A stretch of 64,000 nt of DNA, taken from positions 6,367-70,366 of the forward strand of contig DAOTTZ010000029.1 in assembly GCA_034437535.1 (NCBI GenBank), written 5' to 3'. Each line of letters starts with the position of its first letter. Within the stretch, counting starts at the first letter, position 1. The stretch comes from Anaerolineae bacterium. GTDB taxonomy: Bacteria > Chloroflexota > Anaerolineae > Aggregatilineales > Phototrophicaceae. Below, piece after piece: positions 45,862 through 54,609 of this stretch. The notes beneath the pieces are model-generated. The model searched no databases, was not told where the DNA came from, and saw only the letters and a list, made by a program, of their open reading frames with translations. The position numbers were made by a program, and so were the translations under genes.

Positions 45862-45890
45862 TTGACGTTAGGCGGAGGGTATGCTATGTT
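45862..45890 (+). promoter_or_regulatory. candidate promoter for tRNA-Arg
   Basis: TTGACG (45862-45867), 17-nt spacer, TATGTT (45885-45890), ~18 nt before the tRNA 5' end. Confidence 0.4.
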
Positions 45891-45907
45891 TCTTGACATA
45901 CTGATGT

Positions 45908-45983
45908 GTACCTGTAGCTCAGTGGATAGAGCGTTGGTCTACGGAACCAAAAGTCGTAGGTTCGAATCCTACCAGGTACGCCA
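45908..45983 (+). tRNA. tRNA-Arg (anticodon ACG), CCA encoded
   Basis: Manual cloverleaf: acceptor GTACCTG / CAGGTAC, D-arm GCTC-AGTGGATA-GAGC, anticodon stem TTGGT / ACCAA with loop CTACGGA (anticodon ACG), 5-nt variable loop, T-arm GTAGG-TTCGAAT-CCTAC, discriminator G, CCA. Confidence 0.9.
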
Positions 45984-45987
45984 TAAA

Positions 45988-46019
45988 CAGCCAGCCTCCC
46001 CCGCTGGCTGTTTTGTTTT
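45988..46019 (+). terminator. rho-independent terminator after tRNA-Arg
   Basis: CAGCCAGC-(7 nt)-GCTGGCTG followed by TTTTGTTTT. Confidence 0.8.
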
Positions 46020-46089
46020 ATCCACCAGCCCCCCATCATGAGGTAAACTATAAACGATTACACCGGGCCGCAGGCCAATACTTAAAATA

Positions 46090-48081
46090 GTGAGGATGTC
46101 TTCATTTATGGAACCTGATATACAACGCTTACAATACTTAGAGTTACTGGCCGCCCAATATCCATCGCTACGGGCCGTCACAACCGAGATCACCAACCTG
46201 ACCGCCCGCCTGAACCTGCCCAAAGGCACCGAGCATTACGTCTCCGATATTCACGGCGAATACGAAGCCTTCCGCCATATCATGCGGAACGGCTCCGGGT
46301 CGATCAAGCGAAAGATCGACGAAAACTTCGAGATCTTATCTGACGAAGAAAAGCGCGGCCTGGCAACCCTGATCTATTATCCTGAACAGCGGATGTCGTT
46401 GGTGATGTCTGAGGTCGAAAACCCGGACGCCTGGTGCCGGATGATGATCTTGCGCTTAATCAAATTGGTGCGGGCTTTTGCCTCCAAGTACACCCGGCAG
46501 GATGTCGTGCGTTTCATCCCGGATGATTATCAATCCATGTTCATCCACCTGATCTACAGCCAATCCGATATTCCCGCGCAGAAGGATTATTACCAGAGCA
46601 TCATCGAGACGATCATCGAGACGGATAGTGCCCGCGATGTCATCCAGGCCTTCTGTGAGTTGATCCAGCGGTTGGCAGTGTCGCATCTGCATGTCATCGG
46701 GGATATTTACGACCGAGGCCCCGGCGCAGAGCATGTGATGGATCTCATCATGGACTTCCACAACGTCGATATTCAGTGGGGCAACCATGACATTTTGTGG
46801 ATGGGGGCGGCGGGTGGCAGTCAGGCTTGCATCGCCAATGTGATTCGCATCAGCCTGCGCTATGCCAATACCGACACGCTCGAAACCGGCTACGGCATCA
46901 GCCTATTGCCGCTGGCGTCCTTCGCGATGGACGTTTACGGCGATGACCCGTGCGAACAATTCCGGCCCAAGCTCAACGATAAGCTGGAATTGGAATTCAC
47001 CGAACATGAGGTCGGTCTGTTCGCCCGGATGCAAAAGGCGATCACCATCATCCAGATGAAGGTCGAAGCGCAGATCATCATGCGGCGGCCACATTACCAC
47101 ATGGAAGACCGGCTCTTGCTGGATAAGATCGACTACGACGCCGGCACCATCACGCTGAATGGCAAAACCTACCCGCTGATCGACTCGCACTTGCCGACGA
47201 TTGACCCGGAAGACCCCTACCGGCTGACCGATGCCGAAGCCGCCGTCGTTGAGAAGTTCGTCCAGTCCTTTGCCAATAGCCAGCGACTCCAGAAGCATGT
47301 GCGCTTTCTTTATGCCAAAGGCAGTATGTACCGCGTGTACAACGGCAACCTGCTTTATCATGGGTGCATCGTGATGAACGAAGACGGCAGTTTCCACGAG
47401 TTCGAAGTCGAAGACGGATCGTACTCTGCCAAAGCCTTTATGGATCGTGTGGATCGGCTGACCCGGCAGGGATACTTCAGCACCGATGACCCGGCGCGGA
47501 AGCAATACGGCCTGGATGCGACGTGGTATCTATGGAGCGGCGCACATTCGCCGTTGTTTGGCAAAGACAAAATGGCGACCTTCGAACGGTATTTCATCGC
47601 CGAAAAAGAAACCCACCAGGAGACGCGCAACCCCTATTATGAGTTCCGTGACCGCGAAGACATCGCACTCAAGATTCTGCGCGAATTCGGCGCGGATGAA
47701 GAAAACGGCCACATCATCAACGGGCATGTGCCGGTCAAGGTCAAGCAGGGGGAGAGTCCGGTCAAGGCGAACGGCAAATTGCTGGTGATCGACGGTGGCT
47801 TGGCGGAAGCCTATCAAGCGGTGACCGGGATCGCCGGTTATACGCTGATCTTCAACTCTTACGGGTTGTTGCTGGCCTCTCACCATCCCTTCCAAACGAC
47901 ACAATACGCCATCGAAAACGGCTACGATCACTTTTCCGAGACCCGCATCCTGGAGACCAACCGGGGCCGGTTGCGCATCCGTACCACTGATGAAGGCCAG
48001 GCCATCCAGGATCGCGTGCAGGATTTGCGCGATTTACTCCAGGCTTACCGCGCCGGGTTAATTAAAGTGCGTGACCGTTGA
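46090..48081 (+). CDS. fbp: fructose-1,6-bisphosphatase class 3
   Basis: Collinear with Bacillus class-3 FBPase: NLPKGTEHYVSDIHGEYEAF, HLHVIGDIYDRGP, VDIQWGNHDILWMGAAGGS, TFERYFIAEKETHQETRNPYY, NGHVPV...KANGKLLVIDGG. Start is GTG 46090, ATG 46096 or ATG 46108. Confidence 0.85.
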   Translation: MRMSSFMEPDIQRLQYLELLAAQYPSLRAVTTEITNLTARLNLPKGTEHYVSDIHGEYEAFRHIMRNGSGSIKRKIDENFEILSDEEKRGLATLIYYPEQRMSLVMSEVENPDAWCRMMILRLIKLVRAFASKYTRQDVVRFIPDDYQSMFIHLIYSQSDIPAQKDYYQSIIETIIETDSARDVIQAFCELIQRLAVSHLHVIGDIYDRGPGAEHVMDLIMDFHNVDIQWGNHDILWMGAAGGSQACIANVIRISLRYANTDTLETGYGISLLPLASFAMDVYGDDPCEQFRPKLNDKLELEFTEHEVGLFARMQKAITIIQMKVEAQIIMRRPHYHMEDRLLLDKIDYDAGTITLNGKTYPLIDSHLPTIDPEDPYRLTDAEAAVVEKFVQSFANSQRLQKHVRFLYAKGSMYRVYNGNLLYHGCIVMNEDGSFHEFEVEDGSYSAKAFMDRVDRLTRQGYFSTDDPARKQYGLDATWYLWSGAHSPLFGKDKMATFERYFIAEKETHQETRNPYYEFRDREDIALKILREFGADEENGHIINGHVPVKVKQGESPVKANGKLLVIDGGLAEAYQAVTGIAGYTLIFNSYGLLLASHHPFQTTQYAIENGYDHFSETRILETNRGRLRIRTTDEGQAIQDRVQDLRDLLQAYRAGLIKVRDR

Positions 48082-48125
48082 GCGGCTGGCTCCCGCTGGA
48101 TGATAAACCGGATGGTAAATCGAGT

Positions 48126-48300
48126 GTGCATTTCATTTCAGTGCGGTTTTTGCCCTCACCCCCTCAGTCCCGGTTTGCACTAAAAATGTGCGTATTCGGA
48201 AGGTCAATCAACCCCTCGCCTAGTCCCGCAGGGACGGTTGGAAGAGGGGTGGCGCGAAGCGCCGGGGTGAGGGCTGATTTTGCACTAACTTGAAATGCAC
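48126..48300. repeat. ~175-bp nested inverted-repeat element (MITE-like or structured RNA)
   Basis: Terminal IRs GTGCATTTCA...TGAAATGCAC, second tier AGTGC/GCACT, inner 11-bp GCCCTCACCCC...GGGGTGAGGGC. Interior hairpins CCCCTC/GAGGGG, GTCCC-GCA-GGGAC, GGCGC-GAA-GCGCC. Intergenic between fbp and the AAA+ ATPase gene. Confidence 0.5.
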
Positions 48301-48403
48301 CCATAAACGATGGAACGTTGCGCGGATCGCCAAGCCCATTTATGATTAAGGTATGTGCTGTAAGATCTTCCCCAATAACTGTAAGAAAGAGACCTAAAAC
48401 CTT

Positions 48404-49351
48404 ATGTTCAAGGACATTCAAGAAGTCAGCGCGGCCCTGAGCAAACAGCAATACATCTCAACCGATGAAATCTCAACCGTGAGCTTCCTGGCGAACCAGT
48501 TAGGCAAGCCCCTGCTGGCCGAAGGCCCGGCAGGAGTCGGCAAGACTGAACTGGCGAAAGCCTGGGCCGGGGCAACCGGCAAGCGTTTGATCCGCCTGCA
48601 ATGCTATGAAGGATTGGATGAAAACAAAGCCCTTTACGAATGGGAATATGCCAAGCAGATGCTCTACACGCAACTCCTGCGTGATAAACTGAGCGAAATC
48701 CTGTCCTCTGCGGATACCCTGACCGACGCGGCAGACCGGCTGGCCCAAGAAGAAGACGTGTTCTTCAGCGAACGCTTCTTGCTGGCACGTCCCCTGCTGG
48801 AAGCCATCACAGCCGATGAGCCGGTGGTCTTGCTCATCGACGAGATCGACCGGGCCGATGCCGAGTTTGAGGCATTCCTGCTGGAAATCTTGAGCGACTT
48901 CCAGGTGTCGATCCCGGAAGTCGGCACAATAATGGCCCGCCACAAGCCCGATGTCCTGCTGACCAGCAACAACACCCGTGAGCTTTCCGAAGCTCTCAAG
49001 CGGCGGTGTCTGTATCTGTTTGTCGATTATCCCGCCCACGATTCCGAACTCAACATCGTGCGGATGCGTGTGCCTGAATTGCGGGAAAAGCTGGCGGAAC
49101 AAGCGGTTGAAGTCGTGCAAAATCTGCGGCGGCTAGATCTGAAAAAGAACCCCAGTGTCTCGGAGACCATCGACTGGGCCAAAGCCCTGGTGATGCTCAA
49201 CGCTGACACGCTGGATAAGAAGACGCTGGAAACAACCCTGACGGTCTTGCTCAAGCACGAAAGCGATGTGCAAAAGGCCCGGCGTGCCCTGGTGGATGGT
49301 GGCCCGCCGGTTGACCGCCGACCGGGGCGGGGTCGCTCCGACTGGAATTAA
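48404..49351 (+). CDS. MoxR/CbbQ-NorQ-type AAA+ ATPase (AAA_5)
   Basis: Walker A GPAGVGKT, Walker B VLLIDEIDRA, RLQCYEGLDENKALYEWEY resembling the CbbQ/MoxR post-Walker-A segment. No VWA-domain partner gene adjacent. Confidence 0.75.
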   Translation: MFKDIQEVSAALSKQQYISTDEISTVSFLANQLGKPLLAEGPAGVGKTELAKAWAGATGKRLIRLQCYEGLDENKALYEWEYAKQMLYTQLLRDKLSEILSSADTLTDAADRLAQEEDVFFSERFLLARPLLEAITADEPVVLLIDEIDRADAEFEAFLLEILSDFQVSIPEVGTIMARHKPDVLLTSNNTRELSEALKRRCLYLFVDYPAHDSELNIVRMRVPELREKLAEQAVEVVQNLRRLDLKKNPSVSETIDWAKALVMLNADTLDKKTLETTLTVLLKHESDVQKARRALVDGGPPVDRRPGRGRSDWN

Positions 49352-49376
49352 ACCCGATCAGCCGTCGGCTACTTCT

Positions 49377-51200
49377 TCAACGCAACGGGCGGATCTGATA
49401 CAGATCAACATCCTCAAAGCCGCGTTGACGATAATATTCACGGGTGCCGATGGCGGAAATCACCGCTAGCCGGGGGTACCCATGCTCCCGGCTGATTTTC
49501 ACCGCTTCTTCGATCAACCGGGTGCCCAGGCCCAGATGTTGCGCCCGGCCAGCTTGCGATGCCCCGATGCCGAGTGACTGCCCGTAGACATGGATCTCAC
49601 GGATCATGGCGCAATCGCGCAGTTCCGGCGTGATTGGCTCCCCAACCGGCAACGCCAGGCGTAAGAACCCGGCGATGTCGCGCTCTGCGGTGATAAATTG
49701 CAAGAACACCTCATCGCCGCATGACGACTCATACGCGATCTTATCCAGGTGCAATTCATCCATCGTCACCGTCCGATGACGGATCTCACGGGCGCGGATG
49801 TCCGGGCTACGCTGGCCGTTCCGCGCTAGATGTTGCTCCACAATCTGGCGGAAGTTGGTCTTCTGGTTGCCGTCTACGATGTCCGTACCGGGAATATCAC
49901 GGATGACGCGAGTCAGACGGCAGTATTCCGGCGTTTGTAGGAAGCAAGTCTGCAAGACGTCCAGCAATTCGGCTTCGGTATAGGGCCGCCAACTGCCGTC
50001 CTCATAGCGTTCCATCAATTCCGCGCTTTCGATCAACGAACACGGATACACCTTAAGTTCGTCCGGGCGGAAATCCGGGTCACCGAACATCCGCTGATAA
50101 TCTTCGATGTCCAGTTCTGGCGATGAGCCGTACAGGTTGGGCATCCAGTGCGCGTGGATCTTGAAGCCGGCCTGCCGCAACAACCGGACGGCGCGACGGG
50201 TGGCGGCGACATCATGGCCACGCTTGTTGGCCGTCAGCACGTCATCGTTCAGGCTCTGGAAGCCGATCTGCACTTTAGTACACCCCAACCGGCGGATCCG
50301 CAAGACTTCATCCACGCTGATGTGATCCGGGCGCGTTTCCACCACCAGCCCGACGGCGCGACAAGCCGCCGTCTCGTTTTCACGGTGGGCGGCTTCCAAT
50401 TCGGACCAGGTGGCGAACTCATCGACGGTATCGCGTTCACGTTCGCCACGTTGGATGGCGGCCACCATCTCCCGCGACCGGATCATCTCCCCCTCGTAAA
50501 TATCTTGCACCACCTGGTTATAACTCCGCTGGAGTTGGTTGCCAAAGAGCGTGACGTTGGTCTGATTGTTTTGCGGGTGGAGCTTGGATCCCTGGCGGAG
50601 TGCGGCCTCGACTTCGGCCCGGCGGTCGATCCCGTTGCCGAAGTCATGGAGCGCGTCAAAGATCCGCTTGATGAACCAGATTTGATACGTCTCCGGGTAA
50701 AATGACCACGTTCCGCCCAACACGATGATCTCGATCTTGTCCGTTGGGTGGCCCAGGTTGTAATACGTCTTCAACCGGATGTAAGTCTGCAAATATGGGT
50801 CAAAGCTGTTCTGTTCCGCCCGTTGGGCACCTGGCTCGTTGGAAAGATAACTCTTAGGCATCCGCACGTCATTCGGGCAGAAGATACACTTGCCAGGGCA
50901 TGGGAAGGGCTTGGTCAGCACTGTGACCGGCGTAACACCCGAACTGGTGCGAATCGGCTTGCGCCGCAGACGTTCCATCACGTCTTCATCATAGGGCGGG
51001 ATGCCGTCATACACACCCGCCATCGCCCGGTATCCTTGAATCAGGTCGCTACGGCTGTATAGGCCACCATCCGGGCGTGGGTAACGGTGGACAAGCTGGC
51101 TAAATTGGCGTGAGGATAACCGCCCCGGCGCGTTGATAACCTCAATTAAAATCTGCTGGACGGTGCTTTCATGCCCGGCCAGGTCAAAATCATACGTCAT
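49377..51200 (-). CDS. Elp3-like radical SAM plus GNAT protein (putative tRNA-modifying acetyltransferase)
   Basis: Radical-SAM Cys cluster CPGKCIFCPN. TIM-barrel region. C-terminal GNAT (HVYGQSLGIGASQAGRAQHLGLGTRLIEEAV). Confidence 0.8.
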   Translation of the reverse strand: MTYDFDLAGHESTVQQILIEVINAPGRLSSRQFSQLVHRYPRPDGGLYSRSDLIQGYRAMAGVYDGIPPYDEDVMERLRRKPIRTSSGVTPVTVLTKPFPCPGKCIFCPNDVRMPKSYLSNEPGAQRAEQNSFDPYLQTYIRLKTYYNLGHPTDKIEIIVLGGTWSFYPETYQIWFIKRIFDALHDFGNGIDRRAEVEAALRQGSKLHPQNNQTNVTLFGNQLQRSYNQVVQDIYEGEMIRSREMVAAIQRGERERDTVDEFATWSELEAAHRENETAACRAVGLVVETRPDHISVDEVLRIRRLGCTKVQIGFQSLNDDVLTANKRGHDVAATRRAVRLLRQAGFKIHAHWMPNLYGSSPELDIEDYQRMFGDPDFRPDELKVYPCSLIESAELMERYEDGSWRPYTEAELLDVLQTCFLQTPEYCRLTRVIRDIPGTDIVDGNQKTNFRQIVEQHLARNGQRSPDIRAREIRHRTVTMDELHLDKIAYESSCGDEVFLQFITAERDIAGFLRLALPVGEPITPELRDCAMIREIHVYGQSLGIGASQAGRAQHLGLGTRLIEEAVKISREHGYPRLAVISAIGTREYYRQRGFEDVDLYQIRPLR

Positions 51201-51251
51201 GTCACAGGTTACTCAGTTTACGATACGATTGAGTCGAGTCTAACATAAACC

Positions 51252-51836
51252 TCAATCATATTGGATGGGTGACCACCCATCGCGGCCCTTGTCATCTTCG
51301 CGGAAGGGTAACTCCGGGTCGATCTCTTCGAGCTTCTTCATCCACTGGCGGGCGGTCGGATTTTCCGGGATTTTCTTCAACACACTGTAAGCTAGCCCAT
51401 ATTGTTCAGTCTGGATGAGCTTACGCGCCTGGTTGATCGACTCCTGGGTGGAGGCCGTCGGTGTCTGGCGGGAGCTTTCCGCCAGGCGGCCCGTCAGGCC
51501 GGTGTTAGGTTTCATATAATTCTGCTGTACAATCGTGGAAAAGTCGGTCTCGACTTCGATGCCGCCCACCAGCCCGGCGGCAAGGTTATAGAAAAAGGCC
51601 ACAATCGCCCCGCCGATGCCCCCGATGACCGCTTGCACCGGCAGACCACATAAATACGTAAAGAATAACTGCCCGCCGCCGATCTGCTGTTGTTGCATTT
51701 GCCCGTTCTGAAAGATCATCACCTCTTGCGATGAAATCAGCAGGAGAAATAACCCGAAGACTGCCCAGAGCAACACCGACAAAACCGCCCCGATCTTAAA
51801 CGCCGATCCGATCCCCACTTTCTTAATTTCCAGCAT
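51252..51836 (-). CDS. membrane protein, unknown function
   Basis: Two or three TM helices, Gln-rich loop, C-terminal soluble tail. Confidence 0.5.
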   Translation of the reverse strand: MLEIKKVGIGSAFKIGAVLSVLLWAVFGLFLLLISSQEVMIFQNGQMQQQQIGGGQLFFTYLCGLPVQAVIGGIGGAIVAFFYNLAAGLVGGIEVETDFSTIVQQNYMKPNTGLTGRLAESSRQTPTASTQESINQARKLIQTEQYGLAYSVLKKIPENPTARQWMKKLEEIDPELPFREDDKGRDGWSPIQYD

Positions 51837-51881
51837 GATGTACCCTAATCTTAAGTGTATTTAGCTTAACTGTACTCGAAA

Positions 51882-52628
51882 ATGGATGATTCAACCATTG
51901 AACAACTCAACGCGGTTAACCGCCGATTTTACCGGGTGACAGCGGCAGATTTCGACCAGACACGCGGGTATGCCTGGCCCGGTTGGGTGAGTGTGTGCGA
52001 CGTGCTGGCATCCCCGCCGCGCCGGGTGCTGGATGTCGCCTGCGGTAACGGGCGGTTCGGCGTCTACCTGGCGGAGCGATACACCGCGCCGGTTGCGTAT
52101 CATGGCATGGATAACAACCCGCAATTGCTGGCTCTGGCCCACGATGCCCTGCACGAGTTGCCATCTTTGCAGGTGCAATTGACCGAGCGTGATGTAGTGC
52201 TGGCCCCGCCCGATGAAGGCGCATATGATCTGGTGGTCGCGTTTGGACTGCTTCATCACATCCCCGGTGCGGCTAACCGGCAAGCCTTCGTGCGGTCACT
52301 GGCAAGGCGAGTCGCGCCGGGGGGCGTGCTGGCCTTCGCCGGATGGCGGTTCTACGCCTTCGAGCGATTCCGTCAGCGCATCATCCCCTGGGCGGAGCCG
52401 CTGGCGAGTCAAGTCGAACGGCATGATTATCTGCTGGATTGGCGGCGTGGTGCCAATGCCCTGCGTTACTGCCATTACGTCGATGATGATGAGTTAGCGA
52501 CTCTCATTGATGCCAGCGGATTAACTCCGCTAACTACCTTCCGGGCGGATGGCAAGACCGGCGACATGAACGCCTATGCTCTGCTGGCTAACCCCGCTGG
52601 AACCAATGGTATAATCCAGGATGAATAG
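51882..52628 (+). CDS. class I SAM-dependent methyltransferase
   Basis: Motif I VLDVACGNGRFG. Rossmann-like methyltransferase fold. Confidence 0.7.
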   Translation: MDDSTIEQLNAVNRRFYRVTAADFDQTRGYAWPGWVSVCDVLASPPRRVLDVACGNGRFGVYLAERYTAPVAYHGMDNNPQLLALAHDALHELPSLQVQLTERDVVLAPPDEGAYDLVVAFGLLHHIPGAANRQAFVRSLARRVAPGGVLAFAGWRFYAFERFRQRIIPWAEPLASQVERHDYLLDWRRGANALRYCHYVDDDELATLIDASGLTPLTTFRADGKTGDMNAYALLANPAGTNGIIQDE

Positions 52629-52650
52629 ACCGTTTTCAAAGTGACGATGT

Positions 52651-53091
52651 ATGACCGACAAAACTTTTAATACAGCCCGCGCCCGCTTTAACCGGGCTTA
52701 TGATGACCTCTTTACGCTGGTGGCCTGCTACCCGCCAGATCAGACCGACAAACCCGGTGCATGTGGCAAATGGTCGCCCCGGCAGATCCTGGCCCACTTC
52801 AGCGGTTGGGTTTACCGGGCGATTGACACCTTCGATGCCTATGAAGCCGGCGATCAACTACCCGGTGTCGATCCCGATACTTACAACGATGAGCAAGTCG
52901 CCCACCGCGCCCATCTGGGTTGGGCCGGCACCATCGACAATGTGAAGACCGCCCGCGACGCGCTCAACCGGCGCGTTGCCACCATCGACCCGGACAGCCT
53001 GGATAAGACCTATATCGGTTGGCTGGTTGGCCTGGCAAAAGATGCCGAGCGACACATGGTTGAGCTAAGGAACTTCAAGTCTCATGACTGA
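52651..53091 (+). CDS. ClbS/DfsB-like (DUF1706) or DinB-like four-helix-bundle protein
   Basis: 146 aa. WSPRQILAHFSGWVYRAIDTF...D/H-rich helices. Family call is tentative. Confidence 0.45.
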   Translation: MTDKTFNTARARFNRAYDDLFTLVACYPPDQTDKPGACGKWSPRQILAHFSGWVYRAIDTFDAYEAGDQLPGVDPDTYNDEQVAHRAHLGWAGTIDNVKTARDALNRRVATIDPDSLDKTYIGWLVGLAKDAERHMVELRNFKSHD

Positions 53092-53184
53092 TGTCTATCC
53101 CTATCCCATCCTGGAATTCGACCCGGCCCCCACTGCCGTCACGGATCGGGGCACACCGCTGGCGGCGGAGACGGCCCTGCGCTT

Positions 53185-53628
53185 ATGAGCCAGCACATCA
53201 TCGTTCTGGCCGGTCTGGTCACGGTGGAAAAACACGATCTAGTCGTCGATCTGGCGGCAGAGTTCCAGGCGCGGGGCGAGTCGGTCACGTTGATCGACAA
53301 TGTAGCCCGGCTCTCATTGGATACAGCGCGGGTGCCCGCCGGTGTCACTTACCAGCGGTTGACCGTTGATCTAACAGCGCACATGGGGGCCGTGTTGGAT
53401 CACAGCAGGGCGGAACGAGTCATCGTAGCGGCGGCGGAAACACTCCACCCGGAAAGTCTGTTCGCCGCGTTGTTCGACATCCCCGCCGGGCGGGTGGATA
53501 CGGTCGCGTTGATCGACACACGTACCTGTGATTGCTTCCCCAATGTCCGCGCTCTGCTGGAAGACGGAGCCGACCATACCATCTATCTGCCTTATACTCT
53601 GGACGAAATCTTGCAGAGGCTGACATGA
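53185..53628 (+). CDS. hypothetical protein (147 aa)
   Basis: Reads like a Rossmann/P-loop-like alpha/beta protein (IIVLAGLVTVEKHDLVVDLAAEF) but has no Walker A motif. First gene of a coupled operon. Confidence 0.5.
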   Translation: MSQHIIVLAGLVTVEKHDLVVDLAAEFQARGESVTLIDNVARLSLDTARVPAGVTYQRLTVDLTAHMGAVLDHSRAERVIVAAAETLHPESLFAALFDIPAGRVDTVALIDTRTCDCFPNVRALLEDGADHTIYLPYTLDEILQRLT

Positions 53629-54218
53629 ACGACGAACAAAAACGTGACCTGGGCGCGATGCGGATCGCGGCGGAGCAACGCCAGTGGATGTCCCTTCAGG
53701 ATATTTTCAAGCGATTGCTGACCGACCTGGATCCGTTGATCGCGCTGAGTGTTGTCGCGCCCCGTGTACGGGCGTTCGTACCACGCTTCAAGCGATACTA
53801 TCCAGAAGCTGGTTGGGTCGAAGAATTGATGCTGACCGTCGTCTCGTATGCCTCCGCGCCGGGGGAATTGCCGGTCAACGCGGTGAACCAGTTCCCGCGC
53901 CCTGGTTGTGGCAACTTCGTGCTGGCGGTGATGGATCTGGCGCGGACGGTTCAGCCGAAATATACCGTTTACGAACGATTCAGCCATGTAACCAACGCCG
54001 CCGCCAATGCAATCCTGGCGGATTTACAATATACTTATTTCAAAGACGCGCTTGAATTGTTCGAGAGGTTACGCGCCGACGAAACCGACGCCGAGACGCG
54101 CCAGCGCATCCAGTATCAATTCTGGCTGGATGACAACATCGCCGCCCGTGATACAGCCCTCTGGCTTCATCTCGTTGCAGAGGTCGAGCGTGCGCTGGAG
54201 AGGGAATCTAATGGCTGA
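53625..54218 (+). CDS. hypothetical protein (197 aa)
   Basis: ATGA overlap with the upstream gene. Predominantly helical sequence. Confidence 0.5.
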   Translation: MNDEQKRDLGAMRIAAEQRQWMSLQDIFKRLLTDLDPLIALSVVAPRVRAFVPRFKRYYPEAGWVEELMLTVVSYASAPGELPVNAVNQFPRPGCGNFVLAVMDLARTVQPKYTVYERFSHVTNAAANAILADLQYTYFKDALELFERLRADETDAETRQRIQYQFWLDDNIAARDTALWLHLVAEVERALERESNG

Positions 54219-54609
54219 TTTCAATCATACTGTTGCGGACGGTGGCGTGCAGGTCTTCCGCTTAAACAAGAACGACCGGGCGACCTTAGATGCCTTTATG
54301 GTCAAGTTCGAAGAGGTGCTGGTCGCTCATCGAGAGATCGGGTATATCGCGCTGATTATTGACCTGCGCCCGCGTGGCTTGCCCCCCATCACCTATTCCA
54401 TCGGCAAAATTCGTGAGACCTTCGCCCGTGTCGATAACCCACCGCAGATCTACGCCGCTTATCTCTATCAGCAGAGTTTCGTCATCGGCTTGATTTCCAG
54501 CTTGCTCGATACCCTGCGCCTGCGGACGACGCGCAAGTTCTTTTACGGTGACCGCGAAGAGGAAGCTACCCAATGGTTGATCGACCGCATCTACGAATTC
54601 ACACATTAA
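54211..54609 (+). CDS. hypothetical protein (133 aa), possible STAS-like fold
   Basis: 8-nt overlap (ATGGCTGA) with the upstream gene. C-terminal ...FFYGDREEEATQWLIDRI resembles the ends of STAS/anti-sigma antagonists (inferred). Confidence 0.5.
   Translation: MADFNHTVADGGVQVFRLNKNDRATLDAFMVKFEEVLVAHREIGYIALIIDLRPRGLPPITYSIGKIRETFARVDNPPQIYAAYLYQQSFVIGLISSLLDTLRLRTTRKFFYGDREEEATQWLIDRIYEFTH

Noticed and set aside
45832-46041. 69-aa ORF overlapping the tRNA-Arg gene
   Set aside because: It spans the tRNA and its terminator. No RBS.
45908-48081. tRNA-Arg as an integration site for a genomic island
   Set aside because: The downstream genes (fbp, AAA+ ATPase, Elp3-like) have native-like GC and no integrase or direct repeat of the tRNA 3' end.
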